Assembly (NCBI GenBank): GCA_013239625.1 | Contig: MU053493.1 | Span: 1,621,793-1,685,792 of the forward strand | Direction of reading: 5' to 3' | Source of the DNA: Lama guanicoe | Lineage: Eukaryota | Length of the DNA stretch: 64,000 nt | Part shown: one piece after another, positions 12,506-25,544 of the stretch | How the letters are laid out: each line of letters begins with the position of its first letter | Numbering within the stretch: the stretch's first letter is position 1 | The notes under the pieces: model-generated | What the model was told of the DNA's origin: nothing | Database searches by the model: none | What the model saw: the letters and a program-made list of their open reading frames with translations, nothing else | Made by a program: the position numbers and the translations under genes

Positions 12506-13860
12506 AAAGAAGACGAAGGTCATTGCCTTTGGTCTAAAGATTCAGTTCTACTCCCGGGACTCCAGCCTGGAGGACCGTCTAATGGTGTCGCAGGGAGGGC
12601 ACCTAGGGGAAAGGAAAGTGGCCCGGGGAGGGTGTGGGACGTGACCACCCTCGAAGTTCCCTGCAGGCCAGCCCTGTTGACTCCTGGGGACAGAGAGGAT
12701 AAAGCATAAGAAGTTAGATTTCAAAGCGCTTCCAGGTGCTGCTACATCATTCGAGTCTGTTATCATCCTCATTTGAGAGCTGTAAGAACTGAGGCCCTCT
12801 AGGTGGGAGGCAGCTGCCAAGGTGGGCCTTTAGCTGGGGCTCCTACCGGTTCCCTTTGCTGTTTGGGGCATGGGGAGGCGGGATCTGTCTGACCCAAGAG
12901 TCTCATCCAAATTCCCCAGAAATGGCCTGTGGGACCCGCGGCCAGGGACTCCTACAATGGAGGGTGGAGCAGGAAGGGAGGGTTGCGGGGTTTTCATCCT
13001 TCGTGCTCATGAAGATGGGTGGTTTATGCCAATGCGGTGATTCTCTGGGATGGGGAGTTTCCGGGCACCCAGATGCTGCCCCAGGCGGAGCCCGCAGCTG
13101 CCCCCAGCAGCCAGGCCCAGGCCAGCCCAGCCACCTGCAGCTGTGCGGGACCTCAGCCAGAGTCCCCACGCCCCGAGGGCATTCCAGAGAAGCCAGAAAT
13201 CAGGCTTTCCACCCAGTAAACTCCCCACCAGCTCATCACGGCAGCCAATCCTTAATTTATACCAGGGTCAAACCAAGTCCACATGGAAGATGAGGCGTCT
13301 GCTCTAAATAGACATTTGAGACCGGCGGGTTCTTTCAGCTAATTTGGTCCACCCGCCAGTCATTTCACTGTGGCCTTTGCTGTTAATTTTGGCCCAAGAA
13401 ACAGGGCCAACTGAGTAAACAGAGACTCGCCTGGCAGTAAACCAGCTCTTCTGTTCTGAAGCCACTTCCTGAGGCCACGGCCCAGTCTGTCCAGGCAAAA
13501 GCCACACCCTGTCATCCCATCCCAGCCCCGGCCTTCCCCAGGGTGTCTCCTGGCAGCCTGCCCCTCCCTCCTGCATCCCTCCTCAGAGGGTCCTCTCCAT
13601 CCGTGTGTCCCTGTTCCAGAGTGTTCTGGGGGCCCTCCAGCTCAACCGCTTCCTGGCCCCACTTCCCAGGGAACTTCTTCCAGGAGGTGACACGGGCTGT
13701 CTGCACTTCTTCAAGCCCTTCACTTTAAACCTACAGGAAGGTCCAGAGGATAATATGATACTGAGCATCGTGGTGCCACTGCTCAGATTGATACAAATGT
13801 TACCTGGCTCGTGTTTGTAGCAGATACTTCGTTCTTTTTTTCCTTTCTTTAAAAAAAAAT

Positions 13861-14016
13861 GGGGGATATAGCTCAGTGGTAGACTGAGTGCTTAGCATGC
13901 ACAAGATACTTGGTTCAATCCCCTGCACCTCCATTTAAACAAGTAAATAAATAAATAATAATAAACCTAATTACCTCCTCCCCCTCCAAAAAATTAAAAA
14001 CAAACAATCAAAAAAC
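13861..14016 (+). mobile_element. tRNA-derived SINE
   Basis: A/B boxes and an (AATA)n-CCTAATTACC tail. Confidence 0.85.
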
Positions 14017-15809
14017 AGCTGAGCTGGCAGGCCCAGTTCCCAAGCCTGTCAGCCCACTCCAGCTCCGACCTCCCTCTCACAAACTGGCTGGCCCATCAGG
14101 GACACACAGTCCTTGGCAGAGGGGCCACCAAGGCCCCCACGACACTGTGTCTGCCCTCTGCCTCACTGGCCTTTCTTCTCCAGTCCCCTCCTTTGCTCCC
14201 CAGGGCTCAGTGCCCGGCCACCCTTCTCTCTTCTTTCTGCGGTCTCTCCATCAGCGCCTTGGTGAGTCCCGTTACCCAGACAGCACCTGTGTGCTGAGTC
14301 TCACTGGTGTAGCCAGCTGCTAGGCAGCACTTCCACTCTCCATGCAGGTCCAGTGCACACCCAGAGCCTCAGGCATCCACTGCAGAGCGCTGGACTTTCC
14401 TTCCCAAACCCGGGCCCAGGTTGCCCCACCTCCATAAATTGCACCACTAGCCACCCAGCTCCACCAGCCAGAAACCCAGAGTGGTTACTGGGTTCCCCAC
14501 CTCCCTTTGTCCTCATCAGCCTCAGGTCCATTCCCAGCCCTGCCACCACCACCTTCACCAAATATCTCCCATCTGCCCACCCCGCTCCATCTCCCCCGCT
14601 CCCAGGCTAGTCCAGGCTTTCAACCTTGCTTGCCTGGACCACACTCCAGTCTTCTTCCTGGTGCCCTGCCTCCCCTTTGCCCATCTACAACCCATTTTCA
14701 GAAGTTCATGTTATTCCCCTGCTCACTGTTACTGCTCACTGTGCTGCAGAATGAGCCCCACCCACCTCTCCATCACAAGTTATTCCACATTCTCAACCCC
14801 TGCTCCTTAGCCCCTGCCCCAGCTCTTCCTGCCACGGGGCCTTTGCACACACTATTCCCTCATCCTAGAATTCACCTCTGCTCTTTCCGTTCTCAGTTGA
14901 AATGTGTAGCATGTTTGATGTTGACTTCTCAATCTAACAAGGCCCTATCATACCTTCTTCTTTTGTCCTTTCCTATTCTTTTTTCAATTTTTTTAAAATT
15001 GAAGTATAGTTGATTTACAAGGTCATGTTGGTTTCAGGTGTACCACAGAGTGATTCAGTTACACATGTATATTCTTTCTCATATCCTTGTTCATTGTAGC
15101 TTATTACAAGCTAGTGGATGCAAACTGCTGTGTATAAAATAGAGAAACAACAGGTCCTACTTTCCCTTCAGGGTCTCACCCCAGTCTGCAATGCTCTGGT
15201 TTACTTGCTGCCTTGTGAGCCTGTTACGAGTTGTTCCCTGGCTGCAGTGGGAGCCCCACGAGGGTAGGACCAAGACTCCCCTGCTCACCTCCACCCCAGC
15301 CCACAGCCCTGCACCAGCCCCACGCTGGCCACCTGAGGGGCTCTCACGAAACCTCTGGAGCATGCAGGTGTGGCTGCCTCGTCTGTGCCCACATTTCCCT
15401 TCCTGAGAGAAGCCCCCACTAATACACTCATCTCAGGCTGGGTCCTCTCCTGCCCTTCTACCCTCCCAGTCCCCTCCTACTCAGATGAGGGGTGCCACAA
15501 GGAACCTGCTCCCCACTCCATTCCACCACCTTTCTGCTCCTTGGCACCCCCCCCCACTCTCCAAACCCGTCCTCACTCCCACTGCTTTCCACACGCTGTT
15601 CCGCCCACCCCACCAACCCCGGTCCCAAGTGTCTTCCACTCACCTCTTCCAATCTTGCCCATCCTTTGAGATGTAACTCCAGTCCCTCCCTCCCTGCCCT
15701 TACCGTCTCTGAACTCCTAGCCCTGGTGGTGTTTGAACCACCCACTGAAGCCTTGATGACACACTGCCTCTATTTCCAACATGCACCTTCCTCTTCTGTG
15801 ATAGGCGGA

Positions 15810-16391
15810 CATTCATTCCCCCTTACCTGCAGTCTTGCTTTCTGCAGTTTCCATCACCCACAGTCCACCATGGTCCAAAAGTATGAAATGGAAAATTCCA
15901 GACATAAGCAATTCATAATTAAACTGCTGCTCTGGTCTGAGTAGCGAATGAAATCTCACAACATCCTGATCCATCCCATGCAGGATCTCTAGCCATCGAC
16001 ACTGTCATGGCTGGATGATTGAGGATCACCCCAATGTGTGGTCAAAGGGTCCAGACGTCACAAAAAATGTGTCACTCACCCCACTTCACATCATCACATA
16101 GGCATTTTATCATCTCACATCATCACAAGAAGGGTAAGTACAGTCTACTAAGATATTTTGAGAGAGAGAAAGACCACATTCACATAGCTTTTGTTTTATC
16201 ATTTAATTGTTCTATTTTATTATTAGTTATGATTAACCTCTAACTGTGCCTTATTTATAAATTAAACTTCACCATAGGTATGTACGTACAGGAGAAAACA
16301 TAGTATACATAGGGTTCAGTATTACCCAGGTTTCAGGCATCCACTGGGGGTCTTGGAATGTGCCCTCTATGGATGAGGGAGAAGGGTTCTG
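15810..16391. mobile_element. Tigger7/MER44-like DNA transposon remnant
   Basis: Motifs aaatggaaaattccaga and tttcaggcatccactgggggtcttggaa; ends in ctg|ta. Confidence 0.7.
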
Positions 16392-16818
16392 TAATGACCA
16401 GGGTTTCCATTTAAGCGTAGTAGTTCCCAAGTACTATACATGTGTTATCCCAGCATAAGCCCAGAACTATGCAAGGCAGTTCCCTTTCAGAGACAGGAAA
16501 GTCAGAGCTCAGGGAGCTGGGCAGCGGGGTGGTGGCACCGCCCCACATCCTCACTCAGCCTCCTTCTGCTCTCCAGGGTGGGATCCGAATCCGCAGTGCA
16601 TGCAGGTGTTCCCGTTACCTTGCTCCAAGGGATTTAAAATAACCGTTTCCAGTGGACAGGAATATATCAGATGAATGGGCAAGACCTAACCTGAAGCGGG
16701 TGGAGGGACCTGGCGGGTTTGTGAATGAACCACAAGAGGCTCCTTTCTCCCTGTATTTCACAAGGACACGCCCTCTGTTAATAGCTGGGTGTTACTCAGC
16801 ACTGGGAGCCTGTCCCAG

Positions 16819-16901
16819 GGGAAGAAGGGATGTTTACTGAGGGGCCCTCCACCCATCACCTCTCACCTGCTTCCCCGCCCCTGAGGCTGAGCTCACCCAT
16901 G
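16819..16901 (+). other. TRPM1: Candidate small 5' exon ending in an ATG (would give M|GQKAWIEK...)
   Basis: tgtcccAG|...ccc ATG|GTGAAG. Phase 0 matches the exon at 19367. The donor is weak, and an alternative acceptor lies at 16764/16765. Confidence 0.3.
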
Positions 16902-17661
16902 GTGAAGATCTCCCCGGGCGACCTCGGAGAGCTTCCTTCTGCTCTGCATGTGTGCTGCTGGCCTGTGGGGGCCGGGGCAGGCCACCCTGGCAGGGGTCCA
17001 CCTGGGCTATTTATTCATTCACTGAGTCATCACAGAACAGGGACACCTCCTCTCTGCCAGGCACTCCTGGCAGGGCTGTGGCTTCTGTGGCTTTTGTGGG
17101 AGATGAGGGAGCAGAAAAGAGCAGGGAGGTCCACAGGATGGGAGGTGTAGGAAGATGGGAAACAGGGGACGAGGGGTGGGGAGTCAGAGGGTCTCCTCGA
17201 GGAGGGGACATTTGAGCAGAGACTGGGACCCTGTGAGACCAGGCCTGCAGGCGAAGAATGGCTCTTGCACCTCTTGTTCATCCTCAGAAGATTCTAGAAC
17301 ATTCTGGAGACTGAGCAGTAACTTGGAGTTTTGAACTGAGGATATTTTTCTTAACTAAACTTAAAATCAATAGTTAATACTAAAATAAGGCCCTTTTTCC
17401 CCAGAGAAAGATCTTTTTCATTAGAAAAAAAAGACCTTTGGTGAAGCAGAGAGACGTGGGTTGAGCCTTGAGGGGCTGCACTCAGCTAGGGCCACAAGCC
17501 AGGGCTGGTGCTGGGCACTCTGAAAAGCCCCCTCCCAAGTCGGGGTGGGGAGAGGGGCAGGATGCAAGGCGATGCTCCTGGGGGGCCACAGATGCCTTCC
17601 ATCTGCACAAAGAAAGACTGGGGGCCCTCAGGAACCACGGCACTGAAATGCTGCCTGTGAC

Positions 17662-17995
17662 TTTTCAAATTAGAGTTTTCTCTGGATATACACCCAGGAA
17701 TGGGATGGCTGGATCATAGGGTTACTCTATTTTTAAAGAGACTCACAGACATAGAAAACAAATTTATGGTTACCCAAGGGGAAAGCAGGAGGGCATAAAT
17801 TAGGAGTTTGGGATTAGCAGATACAAACTACTGTATATAAAGGAGATAAACAACAATATCCTACTGTATAGCACATTCAATATCTTATAATAACCTATAA
17901 TGAAAAAGAATATATGTGTATAACTGAATCACTATACTGTACACCAGAAGCTAACACAACATTATAAATCAATTATGGTTCAACTTTTAAAAAAG
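17662..17995. mobile_element. Short LINE-1 3' insertion with an inverted 5' piece
   Basis: 17662-17735 is antisense and 17737-17995 is sense relative to the L1 copy at 25545-26450. Confidence 0.7.
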
Positions 17996-18024
17996 CACTT
18001 AAGGTCAGGCACTGACACCACAGT

Positions 18025-18485
18025 CATCCTCTCCCCTTGAGTGTGGGCTGGACGGAGTGATCGCTTCTAATGAACAGAATACAGCAAATGTGATGAGGTA
18101 TCACTTCAGGTGATAGGCTATAAAGAGACGGTGGCTTCTGTCTTTTGTGTCACTTGGGCTCCTCACTCTGACGACGGCCAACTGCCAGGCTGTGAACCAT
18201 CCTAGGAGAGACTCACGTGGGAGGAACTAAGGGAAGAGTTGGGCCAACAGGCACCACATGAGGGAGCTTGGGGATGATTTCTCCCCACACACCTTCCTCC
18301 GGATGAGACCACAGCCCCTCACTTGAGTCCATTGTTTGATTGAATTCTTTTGTGAGACCAAGAGTCAGAAGCACCTAGCTAAGCCACATCCAATTCCACA
18401 GAAAATGTGATATAATAAATGTCTGTTGTTTTAAACCACTAGGTTTTGTGGCAAATTTTTATGTTAAGCATAGATGACTAATACA
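18025..18485 (+). mobile_element. MaLR LTR (MLT1F/G-like)
   Basis: Typical end ttttaaaccactaggttttgtgg...gactaataca. Confidence 0.6.
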
Positions 18486-19366
18486 ATATGTTATATGTAC
18501 TTGGTGTGTGTGTGTGTCCCCACACACACCTATATCCATTCTTGTATCTATCTATCTATCTATACTTATTAAAAACCATGAGTTCATGTTCGTAATTTTC
18601 ATTTCCATCACAGAGAATTTCACTGACCACTGTTCTAAAACTCACATAATAATTCCCTACTGATAGACAGCAGGTGACAGCCAGCCTTTTGGAATCATAA
18701 ACAGTGATGCAATAAATAACCTTGGGCATGAGTCCATTTGTTTAGGCACATCTGTAGAATGCAATCCTAAAAATGGATCATCAAAAGGTATAAGCTTTGT
18801 AACTTTGACAAATTATTGCCAAATCCCCCTTGAGAGAGGGTGGACCGAATTCCAGCCCCAGCAGCAGTGTTATATGAGTACCCGTTTCCTAGAAACCTTT
18901 GTTATTTTTAATTATAAAAATAACACTCAGTGAATCTGAGCACCAGTTAGAAAAATTACTTGTAAAATTACTATGATGTGTGGGGACCTGGGAGTCTGGA
19001 GAAGATGGGATTCTTAAGGGCAAAACTAAAGACCTAATCAGAGACTTGCAGACTTTGTCATCTTCTCACATTCACACCAGGCTTCTCTGGGCACTGGCTT
19101 GCTTCCTCTTTGCAGACTTCGACTTACATGCAAAGCCTAGATTTTGTAGCCCTGTAGAAACCACAAATACATACTTTTGAGCCATTTCTCTTACAAGGAA
19201 CCAGATCCAAGATCCTTGAAGACTTGTGTTCATCATTACTGGGGGCATCTATTCAGATGTTTTGGACAGACTTCCTGTTAATATTAATTTTGTAAAAAGC
19301 AAAAGAATGAACTCTGAGGATAGCTTGGGAATATGTTGGTCTAATTTCCACTTTTTTCTCTTCCAG

Positions 19367-19446
19367 GGGCAGAAAGCTTGGATAGAAAAAACCTTCTGCA
19401 AACGAGAATGTATCTTTGTAATTCCCAGCACTAAAGACCCTAACAG
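19367..19446 (+). CDS. TRPM1: TRPM1 coding exon 1/25 in window: [26 protein letters not shown](R)
   Basis: ttccAG|GGG ... ACAG|GTAAGT, 80 nt. Translation matches the TRPM1 N-terminus. Confidence 0.93.
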
Positions 19447-19799
19447 GTAAGTTGGAAGCAATAATTAAGATACTATTCAAACTAGCACTAGTCCATCAGT
19501 TTCCAGCAACTATTTTTCTGGTGTTTGTGGGAAGAGGAGGAGGGGGAGGAGTCAATGATGATCAGAAACTATTCCCCACCTGAGTCATTAATCAGGGAGT
19601 CACTGGGGCTTTAAGCTCCTCTATGAAGATGCAGACAGCCTTGGGAGAGAGGTGCTGTCTGGCACCCACTCTGATGTGAGCTCTCACAAGCAGATGGACT
19701 TATGGTTTCCTCTTAGTCTTAGTGACATCAAGGAGCTGCGGGGCATTAGACAGATTTCCAGGGCATCTTCTGACCTCTTTGCTAAAACACATTGGGACG

Positions 19800-22190
19800 A
19801 AAAGAGCAAACTGAATCTAAGGAAGTGAGAAGGGAGGAACTAATACAGAATAGAATGGGAATTAGTGAGACGGAAAATCTTACAACAGTAGAGAAAAGTC
19901 AATGAAATCCAAAGCTTCTTAGAAAAGATCAACAGAATTGACAAACCTTTAGCTAGACTGATGAGGAAAGAAAGAGAGAAGACTGAAAACACTAGACTCA
20001 GAAATGAAGAGATATTACTACCAATCTTACAGAAATAGAAAGGAGTATAAAGAAATACTATGATTGGTACACCAATGGCAATAAGACAGATAGCTTCGAT
20101 GACATGGACAAATTCCTAGAAAGACACAAACTACCAAACCGATTCAAGAAGAAACACACAGTGAGGAGGGTATAGCTCAAGTGGTAGAGCTCTTGCTTAG
20201 CATGCATGAGGTCCTGGGTTCGATCCCCAGTACCTCGCCCAAATATAAATAAATAAATAAATCTAATTCCCCCCGCTTCATACAACAAACAAAGAGGAAA
20301 CACACAATTCTGAGTAGGCCTATAAGAAGTAAAGGTTAGTAATCAAAAATTACCTACAGGGAAAAACTTAGGTCCAGAGGGCTTCATTGCTGAATTTTAC
20401 CCAATATTTAAAGAATTAATATCAATTCTTCACAAGTCCTATCAAAAAATAGAAGATGAGAGAACACTTCCCAACTCATTTTATGAGGCCAGTACTACCT
20501 TGATATTAAAACCAGACAAAGACAGCACAAGAAAGGGAAACTAGAGATTAATATCTTCTAAATATGGATAAAGAAATCCTGAACAAATACTATCAAACTA
20601 AATTCAGCAACATATAAAAAGAATTACACACCATAGTCAACTGGGATTTATCCCAGAATGCAAGGTTGTTTCCACATCAGAAAATCAGTTAATGCAATGC
20701 ATCACATTAATACATAAAAAACAAAGATCACACGATTATCTCAGCTGACACACACAAAAAAAGCATATGAAAAAATCCAATGCCCTTTTATGATTTAAAA
20801 AAAAAACAGAAAACTAGGACTATAAGAGAACTTCTTCAACCTGATAAAGGGCTTCTATTAAAAAACCAAACCTATCATACTTAATGGTGAAAGATTGGAT
20901 ACTTGCCCCTAACATCAGAGAGAAGACAAGGATGTCCACTCTTACCATTTCTGTTAAAATTTGACTAGAGTTTCTAACCAAGGCAATTAGGCAAGAGAAA
21001 GAAATAAAAGGCATCCATATTAGAAAGGAAGAAGTAAAACCATCTTTATTGGCAGATGACACAATCTTGTATATAGAAAATCCTAAGGAATCCCTAAAAA
21101 ACTATCATAACTAATAAACGAGTTCAGCAGGTTTGCAGCATACAAAATCAACATAGAAAAATCATGTGCATTTCTACCTACTTGCAATGAGCAATATGAA
21201 AATGAAACTAACAAGACAAGTCCATACACAATGGCATCAAAAAGAATAAAATGCCTAGGGATAAACTTAGCAAAAGAATTACAAAGCTTGTATCTGAAAA
21301 GTATAAAACATTGTTGAAAGAAATTAATGAAGATCTAATCAATTGGAAAAGCATTCTACACTCATAGATTAAAAGGCTTAATTTAGTTAAGATGGAAATA
21401 CTCCCAAAATGATCTATAGATTCAATGCAATCTCTATCAGAATTCCAGCTGAATGCTTTATAGAAATTGACCAGTTGATTTTTTTCAAGTTAATGGAAAC
21501 AAGTCTTTTTAAGTATCTTTTTGTATCAGAAAAATTAAACTCCTATAATCCTCTTTAGAGCAAATGCATGGTATCAGTGCTTTGGCCATCTTAAATTAAA
21601 GGCCCTTCATCATATGGTTTTGAACTTTACTCAGATTGAATTTATAATCCTTACCACTTCCCTACCCATATATGAAAAAAGTGTAGTAAAATTTGCAAGT
21701 ATTAAACTATATTGATAGTTGATATGGAATTTCCAGAACAGCCAAAATAATCTTACAGAAAAAGAACAAAGTAGGAGGACTCACGTTAACCTGATTTCAA
21801 AACTTACTACAAACATACGCTAATCAAAGTCTTGTGGTACTGGCATAAAAATAGACATACAAACCAATGGAACAGAATTCAAAGTCTGGAAATAAGCCCA
21901 CACACCTATAACCAATTGATTTTTCCAGCAAGTTTGCCAAAACTAATGAGGAAAGAATGGTCTCTTTATCAAATGTTGCTGAAACAACTGGAAACCAACA
22001 TGCAAAGGAATGGATTTAAGTCCTGGCCTCACACCATATGTAAAAATTAGCTCCAAAGGCATCAAATGTAAGATGTAAGAGCTAACACTATAAAACTCTT
22101 AGACAACGACAGAGGAGTAAGTCTTCACTTACTGGATTTGGCAAAAGATTCTTTGAAATGACACCAGACACATGAGCAGCAAAACAAATT
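19800..22190 (+). mobile_element. Decayed LINE-1 ORF2 (RT region) with nested insertions
   Basis: Fragments such as [15 protein letters not shown] and tttattggcagatgac (LADD). Many stops and frameshifts. Confidence 0.9.
20161..20295 (+). mobile_element. tRNA-derived SINE nested in L1
   Basis: A/B boxes; flanking repeat gaaacacaca. Confidence 0.88.
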
Positions 22191-22576
22191 ACTTTCCACA
22201 TTACTTGTGTAGAGAAATGTTTTACTAAGCAACAGAATTCAAGAATATTGAAAAATCCTTGCAGGTCAACTCTACATCGGAGGGAGTGATTGTACTTTGT
22301 TATAGAATGTTCAGGAATTAGTGCCCATAGTCATTTTGTCAAGACATTGAAAAGAGTTAAAATGTGTTCAGTAAGGAAAGGCGACCATCCAATGTGTTTA
22401 GTCTGATGTGTTTAAAATATTCAGATATGCATTGATTATCCAAAAAAGGATATTATAAGGGGCATTTCTGTCCCCAGAAAAGGTGGATAGGTAAGGTGCT
22501 ATATGCTTCTGTTCAGGATAACCTGTCTTAAGGAGAAAAAGGTTCTAGAAAAAGAGAGCTTTGCCTTTGTTTTCAG

Positions 22577-22772
22577 ATGTTGCTGTGGCCAGCTGACCAA
22601 CCAGCATATTCCCCCTCTGCCAAGTGTAACATCCAGCAAAAATGGAGAGGAAAACAAACAGGTGGAGACGCAACCCGAAAAATGGTCTGTCGGCAAACAC
22701 ACCCAGAGCTACCCAACGGATTCCTACGGGATTCTGGAATTCCAGGGGGGCGGATGCTCCAATAAAGCCATG
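22577..22772 (+). CDS. TRPM1: TRPM1 coding exon 2/25: [13 protein letters not shown]...[11 protein letters not shown]
   Basis: tttcAG|A ... ATG|GTAAGA, 196 nt, frame continuous. Confidence 0.96.
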
Positions 22773-23024
22773 GTAAGAGAGGCCTTGGGAAGGGATGCCC
22801 CAGAGTCCGCAGCCTCCAACAGAGGCCCAGCCTCTCAGACTCCCAGACTGCAGACACCTGTGTCGATTTTCAGGGAAGTGACTCAATCCTCCTAGATACT
22901 TCATTGCAAAGGCAAGAAATCTATCTGCACTTTCGACTTTTTAGTTGTGAGGTTTGGAAACTGGGCACTAGGATAAAGAACATGTAACGTCTTTTAAATC
23001 CATATCAAGATGGTGAATCCACAG

Positions 23025-23180
23025 GGGGGAGGGTATACCTGAATGGTAAAGCACATGTTTAGCCTGCATGAGATCCTGGGTTCAATCCCAAATACCTCCA
23101 TTTAAGAAAAATTAAATAAATAAACCTAATAATCTCCGCAACAAAAAAATGAAAAAAAAATTGGGAAAAAAAAAGAAAAA
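23025..23180 (+). mobile_element. tRNA-derived SINE
   Basis: Flanking repeat gtgaatccacagg on both sides. Confidence 0.85.
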
Positions 23181-23847
23181 GATTGTGAATCCACAGGTCA
23201 CAGTCCAGCCCAACTCTGCAACCATACTTATCACTCTGACTCCAATGATGAGAGATGAATTAGGTTATTGGATTTTTAGGGTTGTTTGGGGTTTTGTTTT
23301 TCATAACTGTGGACATTTAACCCACTTTAAATGGGTGAGGAGTGTCTGGAAATAGTTCCCTCTGAAGTCCATCCACCGCCTCCCTGGGCCTGTGTTCAGC
23401 TGGCCCAAGAAGACCAAGGTCTTTCACATTTGCGTGTAAACAGGGAGTGTCCTAGGCATTTCTGACGAGCCCTGCCAGAGGGGGAGGCATCAGCACTGTG
23501 AGCCCTTTCAGCTAATTCTGAATAGGACTCCCACGTCCCCGGTCAGACCAGTTTTGCTGTTTCATTTTATTTCACCAGCCTGTCATCATTGTTCAGAGGA
23601 AATGTGATTGCGTTCCAAGTACCACACCATAGAGGCACCCTGCATCCCAGCCTGGACACAAAAAAGTAGTTTACAGGTCCAAGGTATCCAACCATTAACC
23701 TCTTCTTCGCCTTGAGGGGAAGCTCAAGCCCAGATGTTGGCCCGGGATCCCCATTCCTAGCACCCACTCAGCTCGACCAGTGGACCCCTCCCTCAGCAAT
23801 GTTCTGTCCAACCTCTGGAGCCACATTCTAGCTGATGCCTTCAAGAT

Positions 23848-24041
23848 TAGGGCCGCCAAGTAAAATACAGGACATCCAGTTATATTTGAACTTCAGGAAA
23901 CCCAATGGATAACTTTTTAGCATAAGTCTGTCCCAAATACTGCATGAGGCATACTTACACTGCAACATTTTTCATTGTGCACATAATATTCCAGTTTCGC
24001 TGGGCATTCTGTCTTTTTATTTGTTAAAGCTGGCCACCCTG
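23848..24041. mobile_element. MER53-like palindromic hAT element
   Basis: Ends tagggccgcca / tggccaccct; internal arms aaaatacaggacatccagtt and ctgggcattctgtcttttt. Confidence 0.7.
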
Positions 24042-24189
24042 CACAGTTCCTTTCCATTGCTTGGCCACAGACTTGCACAAAGGGTCCCAAGCCCCCTGGG
24101 AGAGAAAGCCAGCAGCTGCTGCTCAGAGATGAGCAGTAGCCCTGTTCTCTCCGACATGAGAACAAGCTGGTCAAAACCAAGAATGGGTC

Positions 24190-24318
24190 TGGGGAGGGTA
24201 GAGCTCAGTGATAGAACATGTGCTTAGCATGCACAAGGTCCTGGGTTCAATCCCCAGTATCTTTATTTATTTAAAAAAAATATTTTTAAATGAGACATTA
24301 TTTAAAAAACAAAAAAAA
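24190..24318 (+). mobile_element. tRNA-derived SINE just upstream of coding exon 3
   Basis: A/B boxes; flanking repeat aaaacc(c)aagaa. Confidence 0.85.
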
Positions 24319-24336
24319 CCCAAGAACATACGCTGA

Positions 24337-24782
<446 letters not shown>

Positions 24783-25315
24783 TACAGTATCCTGGTAATA
24801 TTAATAGGAGAAATGAAACCTTTATTCAGTGGCTCATTTTTCATTTTGGTATGATGGTGAGAATCGTCAGCATTTCTGGCCCTCCTACGTGTCGTTCCTG
24901 GAACTGAGCCCTGTGCAAGCCTCGTTTTCACTGAGGCTCCCGAGTCCTTTCCCCATCCTGTAGGGGAGGGAACTGAGGCACAGAGAGGTTGAGGAACATG
25001 CCAGGCAGTCTGACTCTCAACTTTAGTTGAAGGCAGCCAAGACACCCCTGTAACTTCCATCCTTAGGTCTTGGAAACATGTAAAGGAAATCCTGGCACAG
25101 TTGCTTGGGTTTCTGGTTTTCTAGGAGCTAATGCAGGATGACTAGCCAGGACGAGCTGAGACTTTCAGTATAGTTTCTTTTAATGATGAAGACTGTGATG
25201 TCCCAACCCTGTTCTGTAGGGAATGGAATGGCTGGTGAAGGGGTCCCTAAAGTTCATGAATAGTGTTTTGATGGGAGGTAAGGGGCCTACAGGTATGACT
25301 CATGGCTGCTCCCAG

Positions 25316-25440
25316 GTGTCATCAGCCACGTGGGGGATGCCTTGAAAGACCACTCGTCCAAGTCCAGAGGCCGGGTCTGTGCCATCGGAATTGCTCCCTG
25401 GGGCATCGTGGAGAATAAGGAAGACCTGGTTGGAAAGGAT
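25316..25440 (+). CDS. TRPM1: TRPM1 coding exon 4/25: [12 protein letters not shown]...EDLVGKD
   Basis: cccAG|GT ... GAT|GTAAGT, 125 nt. Translated by hand; not in the ORF track. Confidence 0.96.
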
Positions 25441-25544
25441 GTAAGTGTTTTCTACCCAGACATTGGCTGTTTGTAGAAATTCATCTTTATTTGGATGTAA
25501 TTGTAGATTTCACCATTTGGCTATTACAAATAAAGCTGCCATAT

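Noticed and set aside
258..17719. Many 60-170 aa ORFs in the ORF track (e.g. 4314-4805, 14507-15013)
   Set aside because: They have no recognisable homology or splice context and often start at GTG/TTG. This is expected by chance in GC-rich intron.
22761..22766. AATAAA inside coding exon 2
   Set aside because: It encodes Asn-Lys of the conserved SNKAM motif and sits next to a strong donor.
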